DNA of 20,000 nucleotides from positions 53,317 to 73,316 of the IMG/VR virus record IMGVR_UViG_3300032116_011488; one strand, given 5' to 3'. The position numbers and the translations under genes were made by a program. The notes under the pieces were generated by a model. That model was given only the letters and a program-made list of their open reading frames with translations, was not told the origin of the DNA and searched no databases. Within the stretch, counting starts at the first letter, position 1; the number at the start of each line of letters is the position of its first letter. The stretch is from an uncultured virus (IMG/VR IMGVR_UViG_3300032116_011488). Lineage: Duplodnaviria; Heunggongvirae; Uroviricota; Caudoviricetes. Below are positions 16,664-20,000 of this stretch, piece by piece.

Positions 16664-17218
16664 ATGCAATTTTATCCGAATACTATCTCCGTAAATGAAG
16701 TAGCATTTGCTGTAAGTGCTAGTATCGCTAGATCCGGCTCACTTATTGAAAAGTTTGCTGCTGTACCTATAACCGCAAGTTTGGCATTAAATATAAGAGG
16801 GTCAACTGGAACTGCGGGCACTAACGCAGGACCAATATCTGGGCCAAAGGGGGCACAAGGACAACGAGGTGTAACTGGTCTGCGTGGAGATAGCGTATAT
16901 CTTCTCTCCAGTTCATGGCATGATGAAAGTAAAGGTGGGGCTTCTTGTTCATCAGCACCAGCAAATTGTTATCCGTATGATTTCTGGCCATCCTATAGAG
17001 TAGGAGGAGTCAGATTCTGCGACTACAGTGGTGTTTATATTACGTATTATAGTACAGATCTTACTTTGGGAGCAGGAAGTCCAATGTTCTATAATGAGGT
17101 GTGTACGAATCCTGCGCTTGACCAGAAACTTGGTGCATATCAGATTGAACAAACAGTATACAACACAGATGCAAACGGCGACTTAGTAATAGTAGGTTCA
17201 TGCGAGCAATCACTATAA
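16664..17218 (+). CDS. Collagen-like probable fibre protein with Cys-containing C-terminal domain
   Basis: MQFYP start, SAS/TAS motifs, GPK GAQ GQR GVT GLR GDS, and 5 Cys in the C-terminal half. Confidence 0.65.
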   Translation: MQFYPNTISVNEVAFAVSASIARSGSLIEKFAAVPITASLALNIRGSTGTAGTNAGPISGPKGAQGQRGVTGLRGDSVYLLSSSWHDESKGGASCSSAPANCYPYDFWPSYRVGGVRFCDYSGVYITYYSTDLTLGAGSPMFYNEVCTNPALDQKLGAYQIEQTVYNTDANGDLVIVGSCEQSL

Positions 17219-17230
17219 AATAATTTAAAT

Positions 17231-17731
17231 ATGTCATACTATTTTCCATTCGGTGGTAGTCAAGCAACTACAACACAGAACATAAGTCATTCATTATCAG
17301 CAGCAACCGCTAGTGCACCAACGTCAAACAGTACCACAGCAATTACTGCATCTTGGGCAGCAACAACTAAATTTACACCAGAATCGGGGTTTGCTGGGTT
17401 AAATGTAACTTTGGAAGGATGTCAAACCGCTTCAGCTGCAAATCCGTCATTACTGGTATCTGGTGCTACTGGAAATCAAGGACCATCGGGGTCAAACGGA
17501 ACTAATATACTAACGTGTCCAGATGGTACTGTTCGGTGTATGGCGTTAGAACCTTCATTATCCGCACAGTTTTTTATTGGTGGTATACGAGGTGCGAACT
17601 ATAATGTCCCATCGGGGTCACAGTATAGTATTGTCTGTATGCAAATTCCAACCACCTGTAGCGCAGCACAAGCATTAGCTGGTTGTCCAGATTCCTTGTA
17701 TATACCTACTCCACGACCAAGCATCCCTTGA
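17231..17731 (+). CDS. Collagen-like probable fibre protein with Cys-rich C-terminus
   Basis: MSYYFPFGG start, TAS motifs, GAT GNQ GPS GSN GTN, and 6 Cys. Confidence 0.62.
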   Translation: MSYYFPFGGSQATTTQNISHSLSAATASAPTSNSTTAITASWAATTKFTPESGFAGLNVTLEGCQTASAANPSLLVSGATGNQGPSGSNGTNILTCPDGTVRCMALEPSLSAQFFIGGIRGANYNVPSGSQYSIVCMQIPTTCSAAQALAGCPDSLYIPTPRPSIP

Positions 17732-17756
17732 CAAATAATAAACTATATTTTAAATT
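17728..17756 (+). promoter_or_regulatory. Putative sigma70-type promoter
   Basis: TTGACA (17728-17733), a 17-bp spacer, then TAAATT (17751-17756). AAAGGT RBS-like sequence precedes ATG 17784. Confidence 0.6.
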
Positions 17757-17783
17757 TAATTAAACACCAACAAAAGGTAATTT

Positions 17784-18008
17784 ATGGCACAAACGGTTCC
17801 ACTACCAACAGCATTACGTAGTTTAATTGAAAGTAATAATCAATTATTAAAAATGTATCAATCTGATTTGACTAAGCAAGTTATGCAAGCAAATGAAGAA
17901 ATGATGCGAATGTTGAATCTTAACCCAAGTGAGGGGTGGAGATTAGATTTAGATAGTCTCACATATGTCAAGGTAGAAAATACTGATGCTACATCAGTCA
18001 GCGAATAA
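17784..18008 (+). CDS. Small hypothetical protein (helical/coiled-coil)
   Basis: 74 aa with an RBS-like AAAGGT; it overlaps the helicase start. Confidence 0.7.
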   Translation: MAQTVPLPTALRSLIESNNQLLKMYQSDLTKQVMQANEEMMRMLNLNPSEGWRLDLDSLTYVKVENTDATSVSE

Positions 18009-19872
18009 CGCGATACTGACATTCGGGAAGTTCAGAGGACACTCACTCGCCCACATATATTATAATAATCAGTCATACCTAACTTGGATGACGCAGACTG
18101 TCGGGATTCCCGAAGTCTGGAAAGAAGCGGCGACATTGACTCTTAAAGGTGAAGATATCTCGCACTTAAAGATAGCGAGAACCAATAATCCGACTGTCAC
18201 CAATACACCACAAACATCTACAGATACCACAGTTACTATTCATTTAAAGGATAGTAAAACTGCGGTTGTTGTTATGCCATATAATCCCAACTTGATGGCA
18301 AAGTTCAAGTATGAAGTGGATGGTCGGAAATGGAACGGGGAAGAAAAGTGGTGGGAGTTTCCTGCGGTACATCTCCCCAAAGCATTTAATGTATTCGGTC
18401 CAACCAATATCAAATGTGATGACAAGGTATTGAACTTACTGGAGAAACTCAAAGACCGCCGTGAGGATTTAGACGAAATACGTGTGAAAGAAGATGTAGA
18501 ATTTGACATTAAGGGGATGCAACTCCAACTCTATCCATACCAGAAAGTCGGTGTCAAGTTCGTCGAACGAGCAGATGGTCGTTGCTTGATTGCCGATGCG
18601 CCTGGGTTGGGTAAGACTGCACAAGCTATTGGATTTGCCCAACACAAGAAACTCAAAACCATTATCGTCTGTCCTTTATCAGTCGTGGTCAATTGGAAGC
18701 GTGAAATCAAAAAGTTCACGGGCAAAGATGCCACCATCTGGGATAGTAAGAGTTATGATGGAAAGCTGTCGAATCAGTTCCACATCGTCCATTATGATGC
18801 GGTCGGTAAGGTGGTCAATGATTTACGAAAGCAAGAGTTTGACCTGCTGGTATGTGACGAGGCTACCTATCTAAAAAACAGACAAACCATCAGAGCAAAG
18901 TCTATTTTAGGTTCTTATAAAGAACGACGAAAATATCCCGGCATTAAAACGAAGTACTGCTTATTCCTCACTGGTACTCCCGTGATGTCTCGTCCAATCG
19001 AAGCGTTCGCTTTGTTGAACTTCCTTGACAAAGAGCGTTTCAATAATTTCTTCCACTTCACCCAACGATACGGTGGATGGAAAGGAGAAGCCCCCCGTAA
19101 TCTCCAAGACTTGCATGACCGTACAAAGGATTTGGTTATCCGCAGAAAGAAAGAACAAATATTGACGGAACTTCCAGCAAAACAACGCAATGACTTGTAT
19201 GTGGAATTGACGAAGGACGAACAAAAGCAGTACAAGGAATTATTAAGAGAAGTCTTTGGTCGTTGGAAGGTGGAGAAACCTACCATTGGTCACATGCCAA
19301 AGATTCAAAGTTTCTTGATTGAAAAGAAGATTCCACGGTTGGTGGAGATGGTGGATGAATTCTTAGATAACGATAAACCTATCCTCATTTTCAGTAATTA
19401 TCTTGCTCCATTGAAGTTCTTGGCTGAACAATACGGAGATAAGGCGGCAATGTTGACGGGTGAGATGAATAGTAAGGAACGTCAACATACTATTGACCGA
19501 TTAACCAAGGGTGAAGCAAAAGTCGGACTATTCAGTTTGATGGCAGCAGGTATGGGTATTGACGGACTCCAACATCAGATAGATACAGTTGTTTTTCTCA
19601 ATTGTGATTGGGTTCCCGCAAACCACGAACAAGCAGAGGACAGAACCCACCGCATCGGTCAAAAGGGTCAAGTTCAAGTCTATTATATGTTATGCGCCGA
19701 TACCATTGACGAATATATGCGGGATATCCTTAAAGAGAAGCAGCAGGTGGCAGACTTGGTGGTGGACGGGGCGTTGGTCACCCCAGAACGGTCAAAATCG
19801 TATTTTAAGGAGTTTGTCAGTAAAATAAATCAGGTTTATAAGCAGGATATTTCTACTAAAAACGTGGAGTAA
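17986..19872 (+). CDS. SNF2-family (SMARCAL1/HARP-like) helicase/annealase
   Basis: Motifs are LYPYQKVGV, IADAPGLGKT, IVCPLSV..NW..EI, CDEAT, LTGTP and QAEDRTHRIGQ. The N-terminus has an FGKFRG..L..I domain and a HARP-like PYNP...GRKWN...WEFP segment. Confidence 0.92.
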   Translation: MLHQSANNAILTFGKFRGHSLAHIYYNNQSYLTWMTQTVGIPEVWKEAATLTLKGEDISHLKIARTNNPTVTNTPQTSTDTTVTIHLKDSKTAVVVMPYNPNLMAKFKYEVDGRKWNGEEKWWEFPAVHLPKAFNVFGPTNIKCDDKVLNLLEKLKDRREDLDEIRVKEDVEFDIKGMQLQLYPYQKVGVKFVERADGRCLIADAPGLGKTAQAIGFAQHKKLKTIIVCPLSVVVNWKREIKKFTGKDATIWDSKSYDGKLSNQFHIVHYDAVGKVVNDLRKQEFDLLVCDEATYLKNRQTIRAKSILGSYKERRKYPGIKTKYCLFLTGTPVMSRPIEAFALLNFLDKERFNNFFHFTQRYGGWKGEAPRNLQDLHDRTKDLVIRRKKEQILTELPAKQRNDLYVELTKDEQKQYKELLREVFGRWKVEKPTIGHMPKIQSFLIEKKIPRLVEMVDEFLDNDKPILIFSNYLAPLKFLAEQYGDKAAMLTGEMNSKERQHTIDRLTKGEAKVGLFSLMAAGMGIDGLQHQIDTVVFLNCDWVPANHEQAEDRTHRIGQKGQVQVYYMLCADTIDEYMRDILKEKQQVADLVVDGALVTPERSKSYFKEFVSKINQVYKQDISTKNVE

Positions 19873-19873
19873 G

Positions 19874-19883
19874 GATATTTATA
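19874..19883 (+). promoter_or_regulatory. Putative phage late-promoter motif GATATTTATA
   Basis: Intergenic, immediately after the helicase stop and upstream of the baseplate-like gene. Confidence 0.55.
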
Positions 19884-19917
19884 TAGGTGGTAAAACCAAA
19901 TAGTTTAAGGAGTTATT

Positions 19918-20000
19918 ATGGCAGAATACAATTTCCCGACAGAAACGATAGACCTTCCAAGTGGTGGGAAGTTCTATTCTGAGGGGAGTCCGTTACGAAG
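19918..20000 (+). CDS. 5' end of probable baseplate hub assembly protein (T4 gp26-like); 3'-partial
   Basis: Not in the ORF track. AAGGAG RBS at 19907-19912, then MAEYNFPTETIDLPSGGKFYSEGSPLR; the P...I.LPS.G..Y start is typical of gp26-like proteins. Only 27 codons are visible. Confidence 0.6.
   Translation, partial: MAEYNFPTETIDLPSGGKFYSEGSPLR

Noticed and set aside
19..19828. All minus-strand ORFs and short nested plus-strand ORFs in the track (e.g. 19-501, 7451-7813, 14931-15335, 18915-19286, 9780-9977, 18590-18874)
   Set aside because: They lie within or opposite well-supported + strand genes and have no recognisable motifs, so they are shadow ORFs.
1..20000. Stop-codon reassignment (no called gene ends in TAG)
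   Set aside because: Genes tile the window at high density under code 11 with no TAG-interrupted frames. Absence of TAG stops is compatible with AT-rich bias and is not evidence of recoding.
1..20000. CRISPR array, tRNA/rRNA, IS element, intron/intein, DGR or intrinsic terminator
   Set aside because: No spaced direct repeats, cloverleaf, transposase/RT or splice motifs, or GC-stem + U-tract were seen. Intergenic gaps are all under about 60 nt.

Overview
This window is a gene-dense, AT-rich segment with every credible gene on the + strand, most consistent with a large tailed dsDNA phage; host and taxon cannot be set from sequence alone. Bases 1-14.9 kb form a tightly coupled island of modification enzymes. 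It holds a NodU/CmcH-type carbamoyltransferase (5'-partial), five SGNH-like proteins, a short DegT aminotransferase, a 2OG-Fe(II) oxygenase, two paralogous sulfotransferase-like proteins, two DUF2061-like membrane proteins and two QueC-like PP-loop ATPases. It also holds an APS-kinase/HxGH-nucleotidyltransferase fusion, a subtilisin with a six-Cys C-terminal tail, a TagD-like cytidylyltransferase and glycosyltransferase-like ORFs. Next come probable virion genes (a repeat protein with an inserted CBM-like domain and three small paralogous collagen-like proteins), an SNF2/SMARCAL1-like helicase and the start of a probable baseplate-hub gene. The most promising leads are (i) a possible miniature bifunctional PAPS synthase feeding a phage sulfation pathway, (ii) a QueC-like + subtilisin/Cys-tail pair resembling a peptide-modification (RiPP-like) unit, and (iii) a recurring GATATTTAT(A) putative late promoter linking these enzymes to structural genes. 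All family calls come from motif recognition by eye; no searches were run.
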